In this document: positions 19,499-28,080 of the stretch, in pieces
Layout of the letters: the number at the start of each line of letters is the position of its first letter
Position numbering within the stretch: position 1 is the first letter of the stretch
Source of the DNA: Elusimicrobiota bacterium
GTDB lineage: Bacteria; Elusimicrobiota; Elusimicrobia; Elusimicrobiales; Elusimicrobiaceae
Reading direction: 5' to 3'
Assembly (NCBI GenBank): GCA_023393825.1
Contig: JAEXBW010000012.1
Coordinates: 1-43,805 of the forward strand
Length of the DNA: 43,805 bases
Notes under the pieces: generated by a model
The model's input: the letters and a program-made list of their open reading frames with translations, nothing else
The model's database searches: none
Told to the model about the DNA's origin: nothing
Translations under genes and position numbers: made by a program

Positions 19499-20782
19499 AT
19501 GTTTTATAAAATTATTATTTTATTTTATTATCTTAAAACAAAATATTTTCATAATTTTGCAAACAGGGCTGCATTGGAAAAATGGCAAGAGAATAAAATA
19601 AATAAAATCATTTTAAGGGTTATTGCCAAAAGTCAGTTTTACAACGGTTATATTAAAAACCCCTATTGCTCTCCGCTGTCGGGCCTGCCGCCGATTAATA
19701 AAACAGTAATGATGGATAATTTTGACGATTTTAATACGGCCCGCATTAAACTGGAGGAGGCTCTAAAGATTGCGGCAAAAGCGGAAGAAGATAGAAACTT
19801 CAGCCCGAAACTGGGTAAATACAGCGTTGGATTATCTTCCGGCACATCAGGCATACGCGGTGTGTTTTTAGTAAGTCCTTTTGAGCAGGCAAAATGGTGC
19901 GGAACAATTTTGGGTAAAATGTTGCCCTGTTCTATTTTCAGGAGGCAGAAAATAGCCTTTTTCCTTAGGGCGGATAATAATCTTTATGAGAGTATAAAAA
20001 GTAACAGCCTTAACTTTTGTTTTTTTGATTTAAAAAAAGATGTAAATGAGAATATTAAGAGGTTGGGAGAATTTCAACCGAATATTCTGGTTGCCCCGCC
20101 CAGCATGCTTAATCTTATAGCAGAGGCCCAACAAAGCGGAGATATAAATATTTATCCTTATAAAATAATCTCCGTAGCGGATGTTTTGTATGCAGATACC
20201 GCGGGAAAATTGGAGAGTGTATTTAAACAGAAAATACATCAAATATACCAAGCCACAGAGGGCCTTATCGCTTGCACCTGCAAATGCGGCAGACTTCATT
20301 TAAACGAAGATATTCTTTCTGTCAGAAAGAAGTATTTAGACAAACCTTCGGGCAGATTCATTCCGATTATTACGGATTTTAACCGGATTACACAGCCGAT
20401 AATTAATTATGAGTTAAATGATATTCTGGTAGAATCGACGGAAAAATGCCTGTGCGGAAGTGTTTTTACCGGTATAGAAAAAATAGAGGGCCGTTGTGAT
20501 GATATCTTGTATTACACGGATAACAAAGGGGTTAAGCATACCGTATTCCCTGATTTTATAATAAGAACAATATTAAAACATATTCCCAAAGCGGGCGATT
20601 TTCTTTTTGCCCAAACAGATATTAATACGGCTGTTTTGTTTTTGGAGACAAATGAATGTTCGGAAGGACTATTGCAGGCTTTAAAAGAAATTATTCCGAT
20701 AGAGATAACTGTTGAGGCGTTGCAGCGGCCCGCAAATTTATCCGTTAAGCGGAAACGGGTTGTCAGAAAATTTAATCCTTGA
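19499..20782 (+). CDS. PaaK / coenzyme-F390-synthetase-related adenylate-forming enzyme
   Basis: The start abuts the preceding stop (TAGATG). Motifs GLSSGTSGIRG, YQATEG, HLNEDI and IEGRCDDI. Confidence 0.8.
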   Translation: MFYKIIILFYYLKTKYFHNFANRAALEKWQENKINKIILRVIAKSQFYNGYIKNPYCSPLSGLPPINKTVMMDNFDDFNTARIKLEEALKIAAKAEEDRNFSPKLGKYSVGLSSGTSGIRGVFLVSPFEQAKWCGTILGKMLPCSIFRRQKIAFFLRADNNLYESIKSNSLNFCFFDLKKDVNENIKRLGEFQPNILVAPPSMLNLIAEAQQSGDINIYPYKIISVADVLYADTAGKLESVFKQKIHQIYQATEGLIACTCKCGRLHLNEDILSVRKKYLDKPSGRFIPIITDFNRITQPIINYELNDILVESTEKCLCGSVFTGIEKIEGRCDDILYYTDNKGVKHTVFPDFIIRTILKHIPKAGDFLFAQTDINTAVLFLETNECSEGLLQALKEIIPIEITVEALQRPANLSVKRKRVVRKFNP

Positions 20783-20783
20783 T

Positions 20784-20862
20784 AAAACTTATGACCCGCT
20801 CGGCTGCCGGCGCGGTGTGCGCAGGCCAATTAATATAACAGTATAATCATATTAATTTTTTA
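20784..20862. repeat. Copy B of the 79-bp intergenic repeat
   Basis: It starts 2 nt after the stop of the adenylating-enzyme gene and is nearly identical to 7707-7785. Confidence 0.9.
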
Positions 20863-21018
20863 CAATAGCAGTAATTGTTTTTAGGCAAATTTGAAATGTA
20901 TGTATAAGGTATATTTTAAAGAGTGAATATTGGCATAACCTTTTAATACTTGTTGTATAGTTATTTAATAGTATATATAATGAATAAATAAAAAAAATGT
21001 TTTATTGAGGAGATAATT

Positions 21019-21417
21019 ATGAATAAAAAGTTTATTATGTTTTCCGCAGTTTTGTCTGTGTTGTTTCTAACGGGATGTGTTGGAACAACTAAGACAATAA
21101 AAGATGGGGATAAGCTTACGGTTGCAAAAGTTCAAAGAGAGATAAAGGTTGGAATGTCTTCCTCTGATGTGGTAGAGGTACTGGGGACACCAAATATGGT
21201 TACGACCGATGATGCCCGCAGAGAAACATGGGTATACGACAGAATATCCACTCAAGTAGATTCTTCAGGTTCATCAAGTGGAGTGTGGCTTTTAATTGTT
21301 GGCGCAAGCGGCAATAAAAGCTCTACGACCTCATCTCAACGTACCCTTACCATTATTGTTAAATTTGATGAAAATAGTAAGGTGAGAGATTTTTCTTATA
21401 GGACTTCAAGCTTTTAA
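21019..21417 (+). CDS. Lipoprotein with a BamE/SmpA_OmlA-like domain
   Basis: Lipobox LTGC. KVGMSSSDVVEVLGTPN...ETWVYD resembles the BamE fold motif. A Ser-rich segment follows. SD GAGGAG upstream. Confidence 0.65.
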   Translation: MNKKFIMFSAVLSVLFLTGCVGTTKTIKDGDKLTVAKVQREIKVGMSSSDVVEVLGTPNMVTTDDARRETWVYDRISTQVDSSGSSSGVWLLIVGASGNKSSTTSSQRTLTIIVKFDENSKVRDFSYRTSSF

Positions 21418-21419
21418 TT

Positions 21420-21935
21420 ATGAGAAACTATATCATGATTATTTTGTTGGCGACATTCGCTATCGGCTGTTCCGCCAACTATAAGAACCTATATCTCCCA
21501 GACCAAAATTATTTGGCACGTAGAAACATAGAAACAAAGATGTTTGATACCGACAATGAAAAATCTATCATTGTAGCAAGTGCTCAGGTTCTTCAGGATA
21601 TGGGATACACAATAAAAGAATCTGAAGTTTCTCTAGGAATAATCACTGCCGAAAAGAATAGAGAAGCTGGCTCAACAGCAGGAAAAGTGGCAATTGTGTT
21701 TTTATCTGCTCTTGCGGGGACACAGCCGCAATATGAAGATACTCAGCGCTTCTATGTTAACATCGTTACTACCAAGATGGGTCATGGCGTAAAAACTAGA
21801 GTGTTATTTGCAAGGCGGTCTTGGGATAATTATGGAAGGTTATTGAAATTGGAAAAAATAGAGGATGAAGCGTTGTATAAAGATTTTTTTGAAAAATTGA
21901 GTCAATCTGTATTCTTGACAGCAAACGATTTGTGA
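21420..21935 (+). CDS. Lipoprotein, paralog of the next ORF
   Basis: Lipobox AIGC. Shares the blocks TKxFDT, QDMGYTI, LGxxT and the C-terminal QSVFLTANDL with 21945-22352. Confidence 0.7.
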   Translation: MRNYIMIILLATFAIGCSANYKNLYLPDQNYLARRNIETKMFDTDNEKSIIVASAQVLQDMGYTIKESEVSLGIITAEKNREAGSTAGKVAIVFLSALAGTQPQYEDTQRFYVNIVTTKMGHGVKTRVLFARRSWDNYGRLLKLEKIEDEALYKDFFEKLSQSVFLTANDL

Positions 21936-21944
21936 GGATAAGCA

Positions 21945-22352
21945 ATGAAAAAAATTATACTTTTAGCTTTATTTGCAGGTATTTTATGTGGCTGTGTAAG
22001 CGTAAATCAGCGGGCGTTAGATAGTGGGACATCTCAACTGGCAATGAGAAATTATCAAACAAAGTCATTTGACACTGCGGACAGCGACAATGTTATAAGG
22101 AATATAGTCTCTACAATGCAAGATCTTGGCTTTATAATAGATAAGGCAGATAAAGATTTAGGGACGGTAAGCGGATTTTCTTTTAATAGTAAAACAAATA
22201 TGACTGTTACTGTGCGTCAGAAAGGGAAACAGTGTCTAGTTAGGGCAAATGCCGAATATAACAATAAAGCAATAACAGAACCAGTTGCATACCAAAATTT
22301 CTTTAATGCGCTTGCTCAATCATTGTTTTTAACGGCAAATGATGTAATATAG
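21945..22352 (+). CDS. Lipoprotein, paralog of the previous ORF
   Basis: Lipobox LCGC. Shares the blocks TKSFDT, QDLGFII, LGTVS and the C-terminal QSLFLTANDVI. Confidence 0.7.
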   Translation: MKKIILLALFAGILCGCVSVNQRALDSGTSQLAMRNYQTKSFDTADSDNVIRNIVSTMQDLGFIIDKADKDLGTVSGFSFNSKTNMTVTVRQKGKQCLVRANAEYNNKAITEPVAYQNFFNALAQSLFLTANDVI

Positions 22353-22384
22353 TTTTTTAGTATTTCTACAGAATAATGTTGTTC

Positions 22385-22432
22385 AGCTTTCCATACCACA
22401 CCCTAAATGGGTATGTTATGGAAAGCTTTTTA
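22385..22432 (+). terminator. Rho-independent terminator of the lipoprotein operon
   Basis: An 11-bp stem AGCTTTCCATA / TATGGAAAGCT followed by TTTTTATT. Confidence 0.8.
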
Positions 22433-22473
22433 TTATTGATGTTAAGATAACGCAGATATGTCCACCAAAATGG

Positions 22474-22548
22474 CAAATAAAAAACCGCCCTTGCGGGCGG
22501 TATATGTTTCAAATATGGCGGGGTGCCCAGTTAATGCGCTGTATGCTT
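22474..22548. repeat. Copy 4 of the hairpin / ATGGCGG repeat family (with right extension)
   Basis: Sequence CAAATAAAAAACCGCCCTTGCGGGCGGTATATGTTTCAAATATGGCGGGGTGCCCAGTTAATGCGCTGTATGCTT. Confidence 0.85.
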
Positions 22549-22609
22549 GCTGTCAAGTTTTAGCGCATGCAGCAACGTGCACGCAGCGCAAATATAACCA
22601 ATAATGGTT

Positions 22610-22625
22610 TGGCATATCACTTGCA
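22610..22625 (+). promoter_or_regulatory. Sigma-54 (-24/-12) promoter-like element
   Basis: TGGCAT-ATCAC-TTGCA against the consensus TGGCAC-N5-TTGCW, with correct GG/GC spacing. It lies about 230 nt upstream of the autotransporter ATG. Confidence 0.4.
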
Positions 22626-22855
22626 AAAAGTACATAAAAATTACATTGATTTTATGGCTTTAATATGTCAAAATATCTATGTTCGTATGCCACAATGATT
22701 TATGGGAACTTGCCTGAACTCTTCGAGTTTGCGAAAACCTTAAATCCGTACAGTCTCAAATCTTTAAATAGCAGTACAATGTATCCCCTAAAAAATATGC
22801 TGTAAAGTTTTAAATCGACCAAACGGCCGATATATGTGTAATAAAAGGAAAATAA

Positions 22856-25800
22856 ATGAAAAAAACGTTAGTTGTTTTGGTTTCTGTAGTATTTCTTATA
22901 TTGCAGAACACGGCTCCACTTTTTGCAGCAAACGCTGCTAACTGGGCGGAACTGTACAACAATTCAGTCTCTGCCGTCAGCAGCACGTTAACAAATTCGG
23001 TCGTTAGGACCTCGGGAGATCCTGTAGTTGCTTTTCCGTCAGGATACTCTTTATACATAAATGGCGGGTACGGTATTTCCACCGCTGTCGGCGGGACAAT
23101 GTTTTCCATTGCTTCCGGCGGATCGCTTGATCTTGCAACAGGTTCTTATGTAAGCGGCGGGATAGTAAATAACGGTGTATTGTCTTTTTCTAATATATCT
23201 TCTGTTTCCGGCGGGATTTCGGGTTCTGGTTCTTTACATAACTACGCCGCTCTAAGCACAAACGACAATATCTCTCAATCCACATTAACAAACAGCGGAA
23301 ACATAAATAATTACGGCACAATCACAGCGTCCTCTATTCAAAATGGAGGCGTGCTCTCAAGCCGCGCAAACACGCTTTATGGGCTTATCATAAACGGAGG
23401 TACATTAAACCTTACCGGCGGAAGCAACACAAACACTATCCGCAATTCAGCGGGGGATACCGCTTCAGGTACGGTCAATTTTAGCGGCAATTCCGATAAC
23501 AATGCCATTGTCACACAATACGGCGTAACAAACAGCGGCTTTTTAAATAACAATGCCGTAGTTACGGTAAACACGCTGACCAACAATGCCTCCGCTATTT
23601 TAAATAACAATGCTCTTATCACCGCAGGGGGCGTCATCGGAAACGCAGGCACAATTAACACCAATGCCGATTTGCTTTTGGCCTCTTCTGTGGTCAATAG
23701 CGGTGTTGTAAACTTTGAAAGCGGCACAAACAGAAACACAATCGTTAATGCCGCGGGCAATACTTCAGTAGGTACGGTCAACTTTACGGGCAGCACAACG
23801 AACAATGGCACAATTACACAAAACACGGTAAGCAACAGCGGCACATTAACAAACAATGCCGTAATTACCGCAGCTAAAGTTGAAAACTCAGACGTTATCA
23901 TAAACAATTCTTCAATAGTTGGCGCTCTTCGCAACACTGGTACAATTTCCGGCAGCGGCAGTTTAGCGATGACGGGAAACTCCACCAATAACGGTTCAAT
24001 CTCTCAATCGGCATTGTCTAACAGCGGTAACTTTACAAACAACAGTTTAGTTGAACTTACCGGAGTGCTTACCAACTCGGGCACAGTTACCACAAAGGCA
24101 AATTTAGTTACCGCTTCTTCCATAAACAACAGCGGGCAGGTATTTTTTACGGAAGGCATAAACGCTAATGTTATCTCTGGCGCAGGCACAACAAACTTTG
24201 GAGGCGTATCCGTAAATAACGCTTCCGTAGCGCAGGGAACGGTAAACAATACAGGCACATTAACAAGTAATTCCGCAATAAGCGCGGCAACAGCGCTTAA
24301 TAATGCGGGCACTTTAACAAGCAATGCCGCCATCACCGCAGGGGCGGTAACAAACAGCGGAACGTTAAACAATAACGCGTTGCTTTTCGCCTCTTCCATT
24401 GCAAACACGGGCGTATTAAGCAATAATGCTTTATTGCAGTCCGCAACGGGCACCAACAGCGGTACTATTACTTCTTCCACCGCCAATTATGATATCGCAG
24501 CTTTAGCCAATAACGGCACTTTAACATTAACGGGTGCGGGTACATTGGGTTCTTCAGGCGATTCAATAACAGGCACAGGCACAACAACGCTTAATGGCGG
24601 CGTGGGCGGTATTACCAATAATACGGCAATCAGCCAAACAACAGTTAATAACAATGGTGTGTTCAACAACAATGCCTCTGTTTCCGCAACAACGTTTAAT
24701 AACACCAGCTTAGTTTATACAAACGCATCTAACTTATCAGGCACAGTAAACAACAGCGGCACGGTTACCTACACTGGCGGTACACAAGCAGGAGCCTCCA
24801 TAACAGGTACGGGTAATTTAAGCATTAACGGCAACACAATTCTTGCCGGTAATAATACTTACACGGGTGTTACAACCTTAAGCAGCAACCTTTCAATAGG
24901 TGACCAGCGCAATATAGGTACTGGCGATATTCTTTTCTACGGCGGTGTTTTGCAGACAACCTCTGCTGCCGCTTTAGATAATGACCTTACCTCAATAGCA
25001 GGCAACAACGTACAGATACAAAGTCTTGCCGCTTTATCTTTGGGCGGAACTATTACGGGCGCGGATTTTATTAAGAGCGGCGCAGGGGATTTAACCCTTG
25101 CGATGGCTTCCAACGCCTATAATAATACTTTTGTCCAAGCGGGCAAATTGATAGGCACTACCGCTAACATCAACGGTAGCGTAAATGTTTCTTCAGGCGC
25201 AACGGCAGAGTTTACCGATACCGTCACAAACACTTTAAATACCGTTACAGGCAATGGTACGGTATTAAAGAGCGGTAATTCCTTAACCAATGTTACCAAC
25301 AATTTAACGGCAAATACGGTAAACGTAACGGCCGGTAAACTTGCTGTTAACACAGCCAACTACAACGTAGGCACTACCAACATAGGTAATGCTGCTGCAA
25401 TAGGCGGCAATGGCACAATAACAGGTAATGTTAATATTCTCAGCGGCGCTACTCTTGCTCCAGGCAACAGCGTGGACACTATTACGGTTGCAGGTAATTT
25501 GAACCTTGCATCAGGCAGCAATACAACAATTGAAGTTACCAACACTCCTACGGTTGCGGCTGATAAAACAATAGTAACAGGCAATGCCACAATTAACACG
25601 GGCGCAAATCTTGCTGTTGATAATATCGGCAACGACAGGTTTTTTGAATGGAAATCTTTTAATATATTGGAAGCGGCCGGTACTTTAAGCGGCGCATACA
25701 CTTATGACGGCTCTATAAGCAACTATGACTCTTCCAGAATCGGCGGTTCTTTATCTTACGATTACACCAACGGGACAGTAACCCTTTTGGCAAAAAGAAA

Positions 25801-26929
25801 AGCTACAAACTACACAAACACGGTTGCGAATCTTTCGCACAATCAGGCGCAGGCTGCTCAGATTGTTGATAAGATGACAGCAACCAGCCTTACGGGCGAT
25901 ATTACAAACCCGTTGCTCCAGCTTGAAGCTTTGGCAGGTCTTAATCCCCAGGGCATTACGGCTGCAACAGGGGCCACAATCAATTCCGCTCTTGCGGATA
26001 TGGACGGAGTTTTATACGCAAACAGCGCATTAACCTCTCTGTTTAACGCAAAGAGCGCGCATGTATACGACAGAATATCATCAAGAAGAGCCGCACCCGC
26101 AACGGGCTGCCCTACTTGCCACGACAATGTTTGGACTCAGTATTACAATCAGTACAATAAAGTTTATGCTGATTCTAATTCCCCCAGATATACAAACAAT
26201 GTATCAGGCGTAATGGCCGGGTACGACAGATATTCCGAAGATAACTCCTTCCTGTTAGGCGCTTTTGCAGGCAGCAGCAAGGCAGACTTAAGACAATATA
26301 AAGACACCATGGATATCAACGATGTTACCGTTGGCGCATACGGCGGTTATTTAGGTGAAGACTGGACCTTTAAAGGTGTTTTATACATGGGTTATCAAGA
26401 TTATGACGGCAGCAGAAGAATAGCCTTTATGAACAGAACAGCCCACGCTCAGTACGACGGTCACAACATTGCTCTTGACCTTGAAGCGGCTTACAACATC
26501 CCCGTTCTCGCGGGTGTCAACGTAAAGCCCTTTGCAGGTTTACTTAACTCATACTCGCACCAGCAGCACTTTAACGAAACGGGCGCGGATTCCCTTAACC
26601 TGAACGTAGAAAGCAACAATGCTTACAATATTCAGGCAAGACTCGGCGCGCAAGCGGAAGGAAAAGTAAGCAAGTTTAATTGGTACGCCAATATGACGGT
26701 AAAGCAATTCTTAGGCAATGATTACGATAGAATAAACGTCTCTCTCTCCCTGCCTGATACAAAGATGGATATTATCAGCGCCAAGCTGGGTAAAACATAC
26801 TTCAGCAGCGGCGTAGGCCTAAGCTATTCCTTAACGGATAACTTAAATATCTTTGGCAACGGCGAAGCAGGCGTAGGCCGTAAAGCTGCAAACTGCTACG
26901 GCAATATCGGCTTTGCCTATAATTGGTAA
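22856..26929 (+). CDS. Autotransporter (type Va) with a long N/T/S/G-rich beta-helical passenger
   Basis: Signal peptide ...NTAPLFA/AN. Degenerate repeats of the type NSGTLTNNAxITA. Autotransporter-associated beta-strand repeats (GNNTYTGVTTL). The C-terminal beta-barrel domain ends GNIGFAYNW. Confidence 0.9.
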   Translation: MKKTLVVLVSVVFLILQNTAPLFAANAANWAELYNNSVSAVSSTLTNSVVRTSGDPVVAFPSGYSLYINGGYGISTAVGGTMFSIASGGSLDLATGSYVSGGIVNNGVLSFSNISSVSGGISGSGSLHNYAALSTNDNISQSTLTNSGNINNYGTITASSIQNGGVLSSRANTLYGLIINGGTLNLTGGSNTNTIRNSAGDTASGTVNFSGNSDNNAIVTQYGVTNSGFLNNNAVVTVNTLTNNASAILNNNALITAGGVIGNAGTINTNADLLLASSVVNSGVVNFESGTNRNTIVNAAGNTSVGTVNFTGSTTNNGTITQNTVSNSGTLTNNAVITAAKVENSDVIINNSSIVGALRNTGTISGSGSLAMTGNSTNNGSISQSALSNSGNFTNNSLVELTGVLTNSGTVTTKANLVTASSINNSGQVFFTEGINANVISGAGTTNFGGVSVNNASVAQGTVNNTGTLTSNSAISAATALNNAGTLTSNAAITAGAVTNSGTLNNNALLFASSIANTGVLSNNALLQSATGTNSGTITSSTANYDIAALANNGTLTLTGAGTLGSSGDSITGTGTTTLNGGVGGITNNTAISQTTVNNNGVFNNNASVSATTFNNTSLVYTNASNLSGTVNNSGTVTYTGGTQAGASITGTGNLSINGNTILAGNNTYTGVTTLSSNLSIGDQRNIGTGDILFYGGVLQTTSAAALDNDLTSIAGNNVQIQSLAALSLGGTITGADFIKSGAGDLTLAMASNAYNNTFVQAGKLIGTTANINGSVNVSSGATAEFTDTVTNTLNTVTGNGTVLKSGNSLTNVTNNLTANTVNVTAGKLAVNTANYNVGTTNIGNAAAIGGNGTITGNVNILSGATLAPGNSVDTITVAGNLNLASGSNTTIEVTNTPTVAADKTIVTGNATINTGANLAVDNIGNDRFFEWKSFNILEAAGTLSGAYTYDGSISNYDSSRIGGSLSYDYTNGTVTLLAKRKATNYTNTVANLSHNQAQAAQIVDKMTATSLTGDITNPLLQLEALAGLNPQGITAATGATINSALADMDGVLYANSALTSLFNAKSAHVYDRISSRRAAPATGCPTCHDNVWTQYYNQYNKVYADSNSPRYTNNVSGVMAGYDRYSEDNSFLLGAFAGSSKADLRQYKDTMDINDVTVGAYGGYLGEDWTFKGVLYMGYQDYDGSRRIAFMNRTAHAQYDGHNIALDLEAAYNIPVLAGVNVKPFAGLLNSYSHQQHFNETGADSLNLNVESNNAYNIQARLGAQAEGKVSKFNWYANMTVKQFLGNDYDRINVSLSLPDTKMDIISAKLGKTYFSSGVGLSYSLTDNLNIFGNGEAGVGRKAANCYGNIGFAYNW

Positions 26930-26947
26930 TGGTGGAGAAATAAAATT

Positions 26948-27478
26948 ATGAAAAATCTTATAATACTTTTTCTCTCTTTAGGTTTAACGGGTTGCTTTAT
27001 ATGCACTAAACAGCTTCCCCCTGCCCCGAAGGAAGAAAAAATTGAAGTAATTGTTATTCAGCCGGAACCCACCCCTGTTATAGAAGAAGTTGTCGCCCCC
27101 GCGCCTAAACCTGCGGTAAACGAAACTTCAATCATCGGCGCGGTTACCTTTGAATCTGATAAAGCGGACTTAAAGGATATGGACCTTGAGGCTTTTGATA
27201 AATTATGTCAATATCTTAAGGAAACTCCCTCCGCGGCATTAGTTATTGAGGGACATACGGATAACAGCGGCACAAATGAACATAACAATGCTCTTTCCTT
27301 GGAAAGGGCGCAAGCCTTGGCAGGTAAATTTGTTGAAGCAGGCGTTACAAACAGTATTGAAGTTTTAAGCTATGGGGCGGACAAGCCCGTAGCTTCAAAC
27401 GATACTGAGGAAGGCCGCTCTGCAAATAGAAGAGTTGATGTTTATATTAAAGCCGCGCAGGAAGCCTCTGCCGAGTAA
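26948..27478 (+). CDS. OmpA-family lipoprotein (peptidoglycan-binding)
   Basis: Lipobox LTGC, a Pro-rich linker, and the OmpA_C motifs FESDKADL, IEGHTDNSGT...NxxLSLERA and NRRVDV. Confidence 0.9.
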   Translation: MKNLIILFLSLGLTGCFICTKQLPPAPKEEKIEVIVIQPEPTPVIEEVVAPAPKPAVNETSIIGAVTFESDKADLKDMDLEAFDKLCQYLKETPSAALVIEGHTDNSGTNEHNNALSLERAQALAGKFVEAGVTNSIEVLSYGADKPVASNDTEEGRSANRRVDVYIKAAQEASAE

Positions 27479-27500
27479 ATAAACCTTAACACACCAATAT

Positions 27501-27537
27501 AAAAACCCCTTTAGGTATTTGCCTAAAGGGGTTTTTT
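27501..27537. terminator. Rho-independent terminator after the OmpA-family gene
   Basis: Stem ACCCCTTTAGG / CCTAAAGGGGT flanked by A5 and T6. Confidence 0.85.
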
Positions 27538-27564
27538 ACTATCCGTGTAAACTGCAGGCGCAAG

Positions 27565-28080
27565 CCCGTAGAGGAAAGGCTCCCCTCCTTCCTCTTTAGT
27601 GCAATCTAAACATGCAAAAACATGCCCATAGTCGCGTCTACTATTGCAGATACGATCTTGTCATGTCAACCAAAAACGGCAAGAGAATATTGATATGTGG
27701 ACTATATATAACGCTCCAATATGGACTTAAGAAGTTTGTCCGAAGACATCTTGAGATAAAGTATAGAAGAAATAACTCATGGCAAAAACCATATTCATAT
27801 TTTAATATCGATGCCACCGAAACTTAGTATAAGTGAGGTGATAAGACTATTAAAATGCAGTACAAGCAGAGAAATAAGGAACAAGTTCAAATTTCTGGAT
27901 ACAATATATTTTGATAGTGATGGTATTTGGTCAGAATGATATTTTATATCAACAGCCGGAATAGATGGATCCGCCGTGAGGAAAGATATAGAAGAGCAAC
28001 GGCAATAAGAGTAAGGGCAAACAGCAACGTTGTTTGAGCTTTAATAAAAATCCCCGTCGGGCGTAATGCCGAACGGGGAT
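27565..28080 (+). mobile_element. Decayed IS200/IS605-family element (Y1 transposase remnant with hairpins near both ends)
   Basis: Imperfect hairpin at 27571-27594 upstream and an 8-bp-stem hairpin ATCCCCGT...ACGGGGAT at 28050-28080 downstream of the tnpA remnant. Confidence 0.6.
27612..28008 (+). pseudogene. tnpA: IS200-type tnpA pseudogene (frameshift plus in-frame stops)
   Basis: Recognisable blocks are spread over two frames: HAHSRVYYCRYDLVMSTKNGKRIL, then HIHILISMPPKLSISEVIRLLKCSTSREIRNKF, then GIWSE*YFISTAGIDGSAVRKDIEEQ. Confidence 0.75.

Noticed and set aside
22665-22808. A 47-codon ORF (MSKYLCSYATMIYGNLPELFEFAKTLNPYSLKS...) in the autotransporter leader.
   Set aside because: It has no SD and no recognisable features. 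It lies in the AT-rich leader downstream of the putative sigma-54 promoter. It is likely non-coding, though a leader peptide cannot be excluded.
23377-25701. A series of long minus-strand ORFs inside the autotransporter gene (23377-23988, 24004-24486, 24487-24705, 25117-25359, 25360-25701).
   Set aside because: These are shadow frames created by the biased Asn/Thr/Gly/Ser codon repeats of the plus-strand gene. Their products are low-complexity and lack starts with an SD.
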